Of a stretch of 64,000 bases of DNA, positions 1 through 8,420 are shown piece after piece. Each line of letters opens with the position of its first letter. The first letter of the stretch is position 1. This DNA comes from an uncultured bacterium. GTDB taxonomy: Bacteria > Verrucomicrobiota > Verrucomicrobiia > Limisphaerales > UBA8199. The position numbers were made by a program, and so were the translations under genes. Below the pieces are notes generated by a model. That model did not search any database. It was given only the letters and a program-made list of their open reading frames with translations, and was not told the DNA's origin. Location of the stretch: positions 62,240 through 126,239 of the forward strand of contig CAVVMW010000018.1 of NCBI GenBank assembly GCA_963749495.1, in the 5' to 3' direction.

Positions 1-1
1 C

Positions 2-865
2 ACCATCTACTACGGGCGGCGCGGCGCGGCCGTGCAGGTGCTCTCCGGGTTCGATATCGCCTGTCACGACATTATCGGCAAGGCCATCGGGCGTCCCCTG
101 CACAAGCTCCTGGGCGGCGCCTTCCGCCAGCGCGTGCGCGCTTACGCCTCCACCCTCTTCCGCCAGACGCCCGACGACATGAAGCGCGCCTGCGAGTTCT
201 ACTTGCGGCGCGGTTTCACCGCCATCAAGTTCGGCTGGGGTCCCTTCGGCCAGGACCGTCGGCGCGATATCGCCCTGGTCGCGGCGGCGCGCGAGGCGAT
301 TGGGCCCGGCGTTGAGCTGCTGGTGGACCCGGGCTGGATGGTCAACCGCAGCGCCTGCGAGGCCATTGAACTGATCCGCGCCTTGGAGCCATACCGCATC
401 TTCTGGCTCGAGGATTTCCTGCACCCTGAATGTTATGAGGGCTACGCCCGTGTCAAAGAGGCGGGCCTCAAGACGCGGCTGGCCGCCGGCGAGCAGGAAG
501 CCACCGCATGGGGCTTCCACGACCTCATCACGCGCGCCAAGGTGGACGTGGTGCAGCCGGACCTGAGCCGGTGCGGCGGCTTGAGCCAGGCGCGCAAGAT
601 CATCTGGGAGGCGCAGCGGGCCGGTGTGGACGTGTGCCCTCACGCGTGGCTCACGGACTTGCTCTCCGCCGCAAGCCTGCACGTCAATGCCTGCCTGGAA
701 CGCAGCCTCTTCCTGGAATACAACGTCTGCGACAACCCGATGCTCCGCGAAATCATCCGCAATCCGATTCAAATGGACCCCGACGGCATGGTGCCCGTTC
801 CCCAGGGGCCGGGCCTGGGCATCGAGATCGACGAGACGGCCGTGGAACGCTTTCGCGTGGGATGA
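2..865 (+). CDS. Enolase-superfamily enzyme (mandelate racemase/muconate-lactonizing family, sugar-acid dehydratase-like), 5' end outside window
   Basis: Frame is open from nt 2. Product has FDIACHDIIGKAIGRPLHKLLGG, FWLEDF, GEQE, DVVQPDLSRCGG and CPHAW, typical of the MR/MLE C-terminal barrel. Stop overlaps the next start (ATGA). Confidence 0.8.
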   Translation, partial: TIYYGRRGAAVQVLSGFDIACHDIIGKAIGRPLHKLLGGAFRQRVRAYASTLFRQTPDDMKRACEFYLRRGFTAIKFGWGPFGQDRRRDIALVAAAREAIGPGVELLVDPGWMVNRSACEAIELIRALEPYRIFWLEDFLHPECYEGYARVKEAGLKTRLAAGEQEATAWGFHDLITRAKVDVVQPDLSRCGGLSQARKIIWEAQRAGVDVCPHAWLTDLLSAASLHVNACLERSLFLEYNVCDNPMLREIIRNPIQMDPDGMVPVPQGPGLGIEIDETAVERFRVG

Positions 866-1542
866 ATGCGACTTCTTTCACCAACGACTCTCAGCGCTTT
901 GATTGGATTCGACATCACCTCTACGTGGCTGCTGTCTGCGACATTCTGGACAGCCTGGGCCATCGGCAGCAGGCCATGCACCAGCGCCTGCGGCCCCTTG
1001 ACCCGGCCAACTGCACCATCGTCGGCCGCGCCCGGACCATTCGTTGGATGGAGACTGATTACGTTGTCGAGGATGATCCCTACGGCTTGGAGATCGACGC
1101 GATGGACTCGCTCAAACCGGGCGATGTGCCTGTCCACTCCACCGACTACGGCGGGACCAACGCGCCCTGGGGCGAGTTGATGAGCACGGTGGCCAAGCGC
1201 AACGGCGCCGTCGGCTGCGTCTGTGACAGCCAGATTCGTGACTGCCGCAAGATTATCGAACTTGGTTTCCCGGTTTTTTACCAAGGCATTCGGCCGCTGG
1301 ACAGCAAAGGCCGCGGGCGGGTGATGGCCTGTGACGTGCCGGTGAAGTGCGGCGAGGTGCTCGTGCGCCCGGGCGAGCTAATCTTCGCTGATTTTGACGG
1401 CGTGGTTGTGGTGCCAAAGGCCGTGGAGGACGAGGTCCTGCGCCTGGCCCAGGAGAAGGTCGGCAAGGAAAATGACTCGCGCCGCGAACTGCTCAAGGGC
1501 CGCTCTCTTCGCGACGTGTACAACCAATACCATGTGCTTTGA
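862..1542 (+). CDS. RraA-family protein (RraA / HMG-aldolase-like)
   Basis: ATG 862 overlaps the upstream stop. The 226-aa product has GGTNAPWGELMSTVAKRNGAVGCVCDSQIRD and FADFDGVVVVP, which are RraA-fold hallmarks. Confidence 0.8.
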   Translation: MNATSFTNDSQRFDWIRHHLYVAAVCDILDSLGHRQQAMHQRLRPLDPANCTIVGRARTIRWMETDYVVEDDPYGLEIDAMDSLKPGDVPVHSTDYGGTNAPWGELMSTVAKRNGAVGCVCDSQIRDCRKIIELGFPVFYQGIRPLDSKGRGRVMACDVPVKCGEVLVRPGELIFADFDGVVVVPKAVEDEVLRLAQEKVGKENDSRRELLKGRSLRDVYNQYHVL

Positions 1543-1545
1543 CTT

Positions 1546-2253
1546 ATGAACATACTGGCGGTCGGGGCGCATCCCGATGACATTGAAATCCTGTGCGCGG
1601 GCACCCTGGCGCGTTACGCCCAGGCAGGACACGCCGTGACCCTGGCCTCGTTCACGTGCGGTGATATGGGCGACACCCGGGTTCCGCCGCCTGAACTTGC
1701 GCGCATCCGCAAAGCGGAGTCGGAGGCCTCGGCCGCGATTCTTGGGGCGCGCTTGCTCTGGCCGGCCATCACCGATGAACTGGTCTTCCCCAACGAGGAG
1801 CAGCGCCGCATCATGATCGACCTTCTGCGCCAAGCCGATCCGGACGTCATTCTCACACACAGCCCGAACGACTATCATCCGGACCATCGCTACGTTTCGC
1901 AGCTTGTGTTTGATTCCTATTTTCAGAAGGGGCTGCCGCACTTGCCCAACCAGCGCCTGCCGGCCTGCCGGTTCGGCCAGGCACAGGTTTATTACATGGA
2001 CAACCTCGGCGGCATCGCCTTCGAGCCGGCCGAATACGTGGACATCACGGAGGTGATCGAAACCAAGTGCCGCATGCTGCAATGCCACCAGAGCCAGCTC
2101 AAGGGCATGAAGGACCTGGCCCGGACTGACATTGTGGAAATGGTTCGCATCCAGGCGGCCTTTCGGGGTCTGGCTGCGGGCTGCCGCTACGCGGAGGCCT
2201 TCCGCCCGCTCCAGGCCTTCCAGCGCGGCCTCACCCGCCGCATCCTGCCGTGA
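1546..2253 (+). CDS. PIG-L/LmbE-family deacetylase
   Basis: MNILAVGAHPDDIEI and HPDH motifs; 235 aa; starts 3 nt after the upstream stop. Confidence 0.85.
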   Translation: MNILAVGAHPDDIEILCAGTLARYAQAGHAVTLASFTCGDMGDTRVPPPELARIRKAESEASAAILGARLLWPAITDELVFPNEEQRRIMIDLLRQADPDVILTHSPNDYHPDHRYVSQLVFDSYFQKGLPHLPNQRLPACRFGQAQVYYMDNLGGIAFEPAEYVDITEVIETKCRMLQCHQSQLKGMKDLARTDIVEMVRIQAAFRGLAAGCRYAEAFRPLQAFQRGLTRRILP

Positions 2254-2306
2254 AGATCGACCGCTCAGGCCGTGCGTTGCCCTGCAACCCTTGGCGACCA
2301 GGAATG

Positions 2307-2350
2307 CTCCCTCTCCCCATCAGATGGGGAGAGGGCCGGGGTGAGGGGTC
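2307..2350. repeat. Family-1 hairpin repeat, single unit
   Basis: CTCCCTCTCCCCATCAGATGGGGAGAGGGCCGGGGTGAGGGG. Same unit recurs at 4343, 4450, 31087, 31224, 33422, 50470 and 50556. Confidence 0.9.
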
Positions 2351-2389
2351 GTCCGTCTGTCGTGCATCCCGCGGCTCGCTCGGTGACGC

Positions 2390-3994
2390 ATGACTGACTT
2401 TGCCCTCAGCCCACTCGACCTGGGCATCATCGTCGCCTCGATCCTGTTCTCGGTCGGCGTGGGGTTTTGGGCCTCGCGCCGCGTCGAGAAAACCACGCGT
2501 GGTTTTTTCCTGGCCTCCGGCAAGATGCCGTGGTGGCTCATTGGCGCCGCCTTCGTCTCGACCAGCGTCTCCAGTGAGCAAATCGTCGGCACGGTTGGGG
2601 CCGCTTACAAGCATGGCATGGGCATAGCCAACTGGGAATGGTGGTGTCTGCCCACCTATGGGCTGGTCATGGTCTTTTTCATTCCCCTCTACCTGAAGAA
2701 CCGGATTTCCACCGTCCCGGAACTGCTGACGCGCCGGTTCGGCCCTGCCTGCGCCGACATCTACAGTTGCGTCATCCTGTTGGCCTACGTCTTCCTTTTC
2801 CTCACGCCGGCGCTCTATGGCGGCAGCGTCACGTTCAGCAGGCTCACCGGCTGGCCGTCGGCGGCCGTGCTGGCGGGGATCGTGTTGCTCGTGGGATTCT
2901 ACACCATTCTCGGGGGACTCAGCTCGGTCATGTGGACCGATGCCATGCAGTGCGGCATGCTCGTGATTGGCGGCGTGGCGCTCTTCTTTGTCGCCCTGGG
3001 CCACATCCCAGGCGGATGGGCGGCCATGGTCCTGGCGGCACCCGAGCGATTTCATCTCTATCATCCTCCAAGCGACCCGCAGGCGCCCTTTCTGGGCCTC
3101 ATCACCGCGACCTTTGGTGTGTTCCTCTTCTACCAGTCCACCAACCAGGTGATGATCCAGCGCGTGCTCGCGGCGCGCAGCACCTGGGACGGCATGATGG
3201 GCATCGTGTTCGCCGGTTTCATTAACCTGCTGCGCCCGCTGGTGACCTGTTTGCTCGGGCTCGTCGTCTTCCATTGGATCGAGAAGATGGGCAAAGCCCC
3301 GTCGCTCCTGCCGGACAAACAGGACCAGGTCTTCCCGTTCGCGCTCGAGGTGTTCGCGCCATCGGGCTTGCGCGGCGTCATTCTCGCGGGCTTCATCGCG
3401 GCCGTCATGTCCTCGACCAGCGCCCTGGCCAATGCGGTGGGCACCCTCTTCTCGCTGGATGTCTATCGCCGCCTCTTCCGCCCTGCGGCCGGGGACCGCC
3501 AGTTGATCCGCGCCGGACGGCTCGCCTCGGGCGCGGCCCTGGTCCTGGCGTCTCTGACCACGCCGTGGGTGCCGCGCCTGGGTGGCATCTTCAAATACTT
3601 TCAAACCGGCGTGACCTATATGGCCACGCCCTTTGTTTCGGTGATCGTGCTCGGGATTCTCTGGAAGCGCGCCAACTACGCCGGCGCCCTGGCCGGCCTG
3701 CTGGGCGGACTCGTCATCCAGATCGGCCTGGCCCTGGCGTTGGGAGCGATGGACGTGCGGATGAACTGGCTGTTCATCGGCTCCACAGCGCAAGTCCTGA
3801 CGATGGCGCTGGTAGTGGTGGTCACCCTGCGCACCGCCCCGCCTGCCCCGCGCCAATGGGAGCCATTCCTCTGGCGGCCCTCGGTCCTCGCGCAATACGA
3901 TGAGGGCCGCCGCCGCCCGTGGTTCCAGCAGGTCAAAGTCTGGTTCGCCCTCTACGCCTTGATTTGGGCTTATATCTACTGGCGGTTCTGGTGA
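2390..3994 (+). CDS. Sodium:solute symporter family (SSS/SLC5) transporter
   Basis: 534 aa, multi-TM. N-terminus RGFFLASGKMPWWLIGAAFVSTSVSSEQIVGTVGAAY is typical of SSS transporters. Confidence 0.9.
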   Translation: MTDFALSPLDLGIIVASILFSVGVGFWASRRVEKTTRGFFLASGKMPWWLIGAAFVSTSVSSEQIVGTVGAAYKHGMGIANWEWWCLPTYGLVMVFFIPLYLKNRISTVPELLTRRFGPACADIYSCVILLAYVFLFLTPALYGGSVTFSRLTGWPSAAVLAGIVLLVGFYTILGGLSSVMWTDAMQCGMLVIGGVALFFVALGHIPGGWAAMVLAAPERFHLYHPPSDPQAPFLGLITATFGVFLFYQSTNQVMIQRVLAARSTWDGMMGIVFAGFINLLRPLVTCLLGLVVFHWIEKMGKAPSLLPDKQDQVFPFALEVFAPSGLRGVILAGFIAAVMSSTSALANAVGTLFSLDVYRRLFRPAAGDRQLIRAGRLASGAALVLASLTTPWVPRLGGIFKYFQTGVTYMATPFVSVIVLGILWKRANYAGALAGLLGGLVIQIGLALALGAMDVRMNWLFIGSTAQVLTMALVVVVTLRTAPPAPRQWEPFLWRPSVLAQYDEGRRRPWFQQVKVWFALYALIWAYIYWRFW

Positions 3995-4046
3995 GCCAAT
4001 AACACACATCGCGATTATGCAAAACAGCTATGATCCGTCTCCTGCC

Positions 4047-4342
4047 GCGCGGCCCAACGGGCCGCTAGAGCCTAGCCCAGGGCTGAGGCCGTCAGGCCGA
4101 TGCCCTGGGTGTTGGCCTCAGAAGTGCGCAAGGCGCCCTGAAAGAATTCCCGGAACAAATTCGCGCTTTGGGCCCCTGAACCTCGACACTGCGTTCCCGT
4201 CCCGCGAAGCGTTTTGGACTGCCGCAGTCCAAAACCTTCGGCCTTGGCGACGGTTCATGGAGAAGGCGCCAGACGGTTCTGGCGCCCCTTCAGGGCGCGC
4301 CGGTTCTCGCGCACGCCAGTCCCAGGGCATCGGCCTGGCGGA
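4047..4342. repeat. Family-2 composite repeat (right arm truncated)
   Basis: Contains AGCCTAGCCCAGGGCTGAGGCCG-CAGGCCGATGCCCTGGG, GCGCCCTGAAAG, AATTCGCGCTTTGGGCCCCTGAACCTC and the 25-bp palindrome GTTTTGGACTGCCGCAGTCCAAAAC. Colinear with 8018-8420 and 34896-35112. Confidence 0.85.
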
Positions 4343-4489
4343 CCCCTCACCCCAGCCCTCTCCCCGTCAGACGGGGAGAGGGAGCAGCGAAGCCTGGCTC
4401 GCCCCGGCTCCCGAGCCTTGGGATTCGCCAAGCGACGTGCGACGGTCCACCCTCTCCCCATCCGATGGGGAGAGGGCCGGGGTGAGGGG
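4343..4489. repeat. Family-1 inverted pair (TIR-like unit, about 147 bp)
   Basis: CCCCTCACCCCAGCCCTCTCCCCGTCAGACGGGGAGAGGG at 4343-4383 and its inverted copy at 4450-4489. Confidence 0.9.
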
Positions 4490-4646
4490 AAGAAGGCGTC
4501 CGAACCAAGCCAACTTCCAAAAGCCAGGCTGCACCCACAGGCAGGCGCTGTGGAAGAAGCTGTTTGCCTTGTGCATCGCAGGTCTCCTCACAACCCTTCC
4601 TCTGAGGGGAGCGGAAGAAACACCCAGCGCCCCGGCACCGGCCGTC

Positions 4647-7373
4647 ATGACCGGGCGCCTCAAGGTGCATCTCTCCTGGGGGCACAGGTCCAAGACCACG
4701 CGGCCCTTCCGCATCAGCTTCCTCACCAACGAGGTCGCGGTGAGCGAGTTGCACCCCGTCGGCTTCGAGCCGGGCGACCTGCTCCAAGACGGGGTCTGTC
4801 AGACTCGAGCCGGCGCTGGCGACGTGGACGGAGTCGAATTGAGGCTGTCTTTCCCGGAACGCAAGGTGGCGGAAATCAAGAATGTGCAACAGATTTGGGG
4901 CTACCTGTTGGCCCACTCCGATGCCGACACCGCTCGCCGGTTGCGGCTCGACCCCGGTTTTCGCCCCGATGCGCGCAAGCTGACCATCCAGATGGATGCC
5001 GAGGGAGCGCAGGGCTTCAGCGTCACGGTGGACCAGTTGCTGGCGAACAAGGCCTTTTGGGTGCCGGAACTGGATGTGTTCCTCTGGGCTGGAGAGGACG
5101 CGGTCTCTTTCGATGAGCACCAACGGGAGTTAGAGGCCTGGGGTGGCCGGCGGGTCATCAGCCAACTCCAAAGCGAGCCGGAAGCCACCTACGAGCAATA
5201 CACCTCGCGCTGGGAAGACATGGGCAGCCCGGCCTACAACAACCCGGCCTCGCCTCCTCCCGGCCACATCGTGTGCGTCACCTGGGACAGCGCGATTCCC
5301 AAGTTCGGCATCGACCGCGGGGCGGGCCTCTGGAACGACCTCGGCAACCCGGACCACTTCCGCCTCCGCTTCGACTTCGGCGACCTGGCGCCAGACCTCG
5401 CCGCCTCGTGGAAAGGCCAGAAGCTCGAGAACGGGCTGCCGGTGATGACGACGACGATTGAGCGCGACGGGGTGCGTTACCAAGTCGAGCAGTTCGCCTA
5501 TCCCTTGCACGGGCCCCCGGCGGAACGGCGCGGCGACATCGCGATGGTGCTGCTGGAGAAGGTGCGCCTGACCGAGCTGCGGGGCGAGGACCGAACGGTG
5601 TCGCTGGGCCTGACGCATTGCCGCGAGTTGCCGGCGGCGGGCTCGAGCGTGCTCGCTCGCACCAACGGAGCCGTCCTGCTCTGGGAAGCGCCGGACCCCG
5701 CCCTCCTGCTGCTCGCCGTCGAGGGCCCGGGCCTCACGCTCCAATCCAACTTCGTCCAGGGGACCAAGTGGCAGACGAACCGAATCGTGCTGGGCGCTGC
5801 GCTCCCCGCCCACGGCGCGCGCGAACTCATCGTGAAACTGCCTTCACCGCTGGTGGCCGCGGCGGACCGGCAGACGTTCCTGGCCCTGGACTACGCGGCC
5901 GCCCGCGAGACAACGCTCAAGTTCTGGTCGGATTACCTCGGGCGCGGCGCCCGGTTCGTGGTGCCGGAAGACGCGGTCAATCAGTTGTTTCGCGCCAATC
6001 TCTGGCATGCCTTGCGCCTGCCGCGCCGCCACGGCGGCCAGGGCGCGAACGTCAGACTCGACCTCCCGTACTCGAACTTCGCCTACGACCAGGCCGGCAC
6101 GCCCTGGCCGGTGAACCAGTCCATCTATGTGGACTACATGCTCTACGATCTGCGGGGCTATCACGCCGAGTCGGCCGAGGAACTGGCGGCCATCTATCGC
6201 AACAACCAGGAGCCGAACGGGCACGTCGGCGGCGTCGCCAATTGGGGCGTTTATACGCCCAGCATGATTTACGCGGTGGCCAGGCACTACCAACTCAGCG
6301 GCGACCGCGCCTCGCTGGACGCGCTGCTGCCCCAAACCCTCGAGGCGCTGGACTGGTGCCTGGGCGAAATCCAGCGGTCCTCCGGGCCCGGCGCCCCCGC
6401 GCGCGGCCTGGTGCTGGCGCCGCTCAACGACTTGTCCCACGACCCCAGGGCCTGGGCGTTCAACCAGGCATATCTGTGTGCCGGACTGGAGGTGCTGGGC
6501 CGGGTGCTGGCGGACCTCCGGCATCCGCGCGCCCAGGAGTGCCAGGCGGCCGCGCGGGCGATGCGCGAGTCAGTGCAGCGCGAATTTGGCCACGCCGCGA
6601 TGCTGGCGCCGCTGATCCAATTGCGCGACCATTCCTGGATGCCCTACGTCCCTTGCGACGCGCTGACGCCCCGGCGCCTCCTGGACATCTGGTATCCCAC
6701 CGACGTGGATTGCGGCGCCTTGCACCTGGCCCGCCTCAAGGCGCTGGATCCGAACGGCCCGTTGACCACCTGCCTGTTGAACGACCACGAAGACAACCTC
6801 TTTCTCAAGCAGTGGGGCATGGCCAATGAGCCGGTCTATAATCCGCACGCCACCGCGTATCTGCTCCGCGATGAGGTGAAGCCGGCCATTCGCGCCTTTT
6901 ACAGCATGATGGCCTGCGCCTTCAGCCACTCGGCCTTCGAGCCGGTCGAGCACCGTTGGTGTTGGGGCCAATTCTTCGGACCGCCCAGCACCGATGGCGC
7001 CTGGTTCGAGCTCTACCGCCAGATGCTCATCCACGAACGCGACGACGACACGCTCCTGCTCTTGCAGGCCACGCCCAGGAAATGGCTGGAGGACGGCAAA
7101 CAAATCCGCATCGAACGCGCCCCAACCTGCTACGGACGGCTGGACCTGACCGTCGCCAGCCGTGCCGCCGCAGGCGAGATTTCCGCCGCCATCAACCTGG
7201 AGCAGCGCCGGCGCCCCGCGGCGCTCCTGCTGCGCCTGCGCCATCCTCAGGGCCAGGCCCCGCAATCCGTCTCGGTCAACGGAAAAAAATGGACTGACTT
7301 TGACCCCGCCAAAGAATGGGTCCGAATCCCCAGCCCGAGTGAAGACCATTATGACGTGACGGTTCGATATTGA
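4647..7373 (+). CDS. Large secreted hypothetical protein, possibly (alpha/alpha)-toroid glycosidase-like; start uncertain
   Basis: Uninterrupted 1118-codon ORF from 4017, but the first ~530 nt are family-1/2 repeats. A signal-peptide-like WKKLFALCIAGLLTTLPLRGAEE at 4551 has no canonical in-frame start nearby. First clean ATG is 4647. Function not recognised beyond general resemblance. Confidence 0.6.
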   Translation: MTGRLKVHLSWGHRSKTTRPFRISFLTNEVAVSELHPVGFEPGDLLQDGVCQTRAGAGDVDGVELRLSFPERKVAEIKNVQQIWGYLLAHSDADTARRLRLDPGFRPDARKLTIQMDAEGAQGFSVTVDQLLANKAFWVPELDVFLWAGEDAVSFDEHQRELEAWGGRRVISQLQSEPEATYEQYTSRWEDMGSPAYNNPASPPPGHIVCVTWDSAIPKFGIDRGAGLWNDLGNPDHFRLRFDFGDLAPDLAASWKGQKLENGLPVMTTTIERDGVRYQVEQFAYPLHGPPAERRGDIAMVLLEKVRLTELRGEDRTVSLGLTHCRELPAAGSSVLARTNGAVLLWEAPDPALLLLAVEGPGLTLQSNFVQGTKWQTNRIVLGAALPAHGARELIVKLPSPLVAAADRQTFLALDYAAARETTLKFWSDYLGRGARFVVPEDAVNQLFRANLWHALRLPRRHGGQGANVRLDLPYSNFAYDQAGTPWPVNQSIYVDYMLYDLRGYHAESAEELAAIYRNNQEPNGHVGGVANWGVYTPSMIYAVARHYQLSGDRASLDALLPQTLEALDWCLGEIQRSSGPGAPARGLVLAPLNDLSHDPRAWAFNQAYLCAGLEVLGRVLADLRHPRAQECQAAARAMRESVQREFGHAAMLAPLIQLRDHSWMPYVPCDALTPRRLLDIWYPTDVDCGALHLARLKALDPNGPLTTCLLNDHEDNLFLKQWGMANEPVYNPHATAYLLRDEVKPAIRAFYSMMACAFSHSAFEPVEHRWCWGQFFGPPSTDGAWFELYRQMLIHERDDDTLLLLQATPRKWLEDGKQIRIERAPTCYGRLDLTVASRAAAGEISAAINLEQRRRPAALLLRLRHPQGQAPQSVSVNGKKWTDFDPAKEWVRIPSPSEDHYDVTVRY

Positions 7374-7395
7374 GACCTCGGAACAGGGCATTGAC

Positions 7396-7602
7396 ATGCC
7401 AGCCGATCCGGCGAAGTCTAAGCCCGTGAAACGCAGCAGATCGAACCGCCAGCGGAAGAGCAAGGGCACGCTCAGCGTACAAGAGCATCGCCCAATGATG
7501 AACAAGCTCTCTGGCACGGAACGCCAGCAACTTATGAAGGCAGGCTACGAGCTGATCTATGGAGTCCAGCGGCAACCCGAACCTGCTGCTCGCCGCCGAT
7601 AG
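7396..7602 (+). CDS. Small basic hypothetical protein (68 aa)
   Basis: ORF only; no recognisable domain; lies between a large CDS and a repeat. Confidence 0.25.
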   Translation: MPADPAKSKPVKRSRSNRQRKSKGTLSVQEHRPMMNKLSGTERQQLMKAGYELIYGVQRQPEPAARRR

Positions 7603-7637
7603 CAATCTCCCACTGGACGTGGCCGACGGGAACGAGG

Positions 7638-7905
7638 GGTGCGATTAAAACTGGCGGTCAGCCCACGGCGCCTTTTTGCCCCGGAGGGGCTTCCGACAAT
7701 AGCCCGGCGTTTCAACGCCGGGTGCGCGGACCCAAGGAGCAGGTCCGTCCCGAAGGGACGGCTGAAAGCAAGGAGCGTTCTCAGTCGTCCCTTCGGGACG
7801 AGGGTCGCTTTTGTGGCCTCCCCGGCGTTGAAACGCCGGGCTATTGTCAGATGTCCCTCCGGGACAAAACCCCCGAGGCGCATGCCCGACGCTTTTAATC
7901 GCACC
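7638..7905 (+). repeat. Family-3 MITE-like element (about 268 bp, TIR GGTGCGATTAAAA)
   Basis: Terminal inverted repeat GGTGCGATTAAAA...TTTTAATCGCACC. Internal hairpins CCCGGCGTTTCAACGCCGGG (x2), GTCCCGAAGGGAC and GTCCCTTCGGGAC. Other copies at 43421, 56099, 60138 and 63908. Confidence 0.9.
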
Positions 7906-8017
7906 CGGAACCGATGCGGCCATTGACGCGATTGATACGACACAATCCCGACTGCCGCGCGCGTTTTGTCATTTCCCCATCCGTGTTCTTCAGATGAAGC
8001 TTAGGCTAACGTTGGCC

Positions 8018-8420
8018 GGCCCAAAGGGCCGGGAGAGCCTAGCCTAGGGCTGAGGCCGCCAGGCCGATGCCCTGGGAACACGTCCATCGAGGATCATGTG
8101 CGCCCTGAAAGGGCGCCAGAGCCCTCTGGCGCCCTCCCCAGGAACCGACACCAAGTCCGAAGGTTTTGGACTGCGGCAGTCCTCTGCCGCTTTCGCGCCG
8201 GCAGCGAGGGGACACAAAAGCGGCAGAGGACTGCCGCAGTCCAAAACGCTTCGCGGGACGGGAACGCAGTGTTGAGGTTCAGGGGCCCAAAGCGCGAATT
8301 CGTTCCGGGAAATCTTTCAGGGCGAGGGGCCCGGGTTTGTGGCGAAACCCAGGGCATCGGCCTGGCGGCCTCAGCCCTGGGCTAGGTTCTGGCGGCCCGT
8401 TGGGCCGCGAGGCAGCGGCT
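8018..8420. repeat. Family-2 composite repeat, full palindromic form (about 400 bp)
   Basis: Outer arms AGCCTAGGGCTGAGGCCGCCAGGCCGATGCCCTGGG / CCCAGGGCATCGGCCTGGCGGCCTCAGCCCTGGGCTAGG. Core is GTTTTGGACTGCGGCAGTCCTCTGCCGCTTT...AAAGCGGCAGAGGACTGCCGCAGTCCAAAAC. Confidence 0.9.

Noticed and set aside
7638-7905. Family-3 or family-6 elements as tRNA, rRNA or known riboswitch genes
   Set aside because: No cloverleaf, T-loop (GTTCGAATC-like) or recognisable riboswitch core is present. The quasi-palindromic symmetry and target duplications fit mobile DNA better. An uncharacterised RNA role is left open in the findings.
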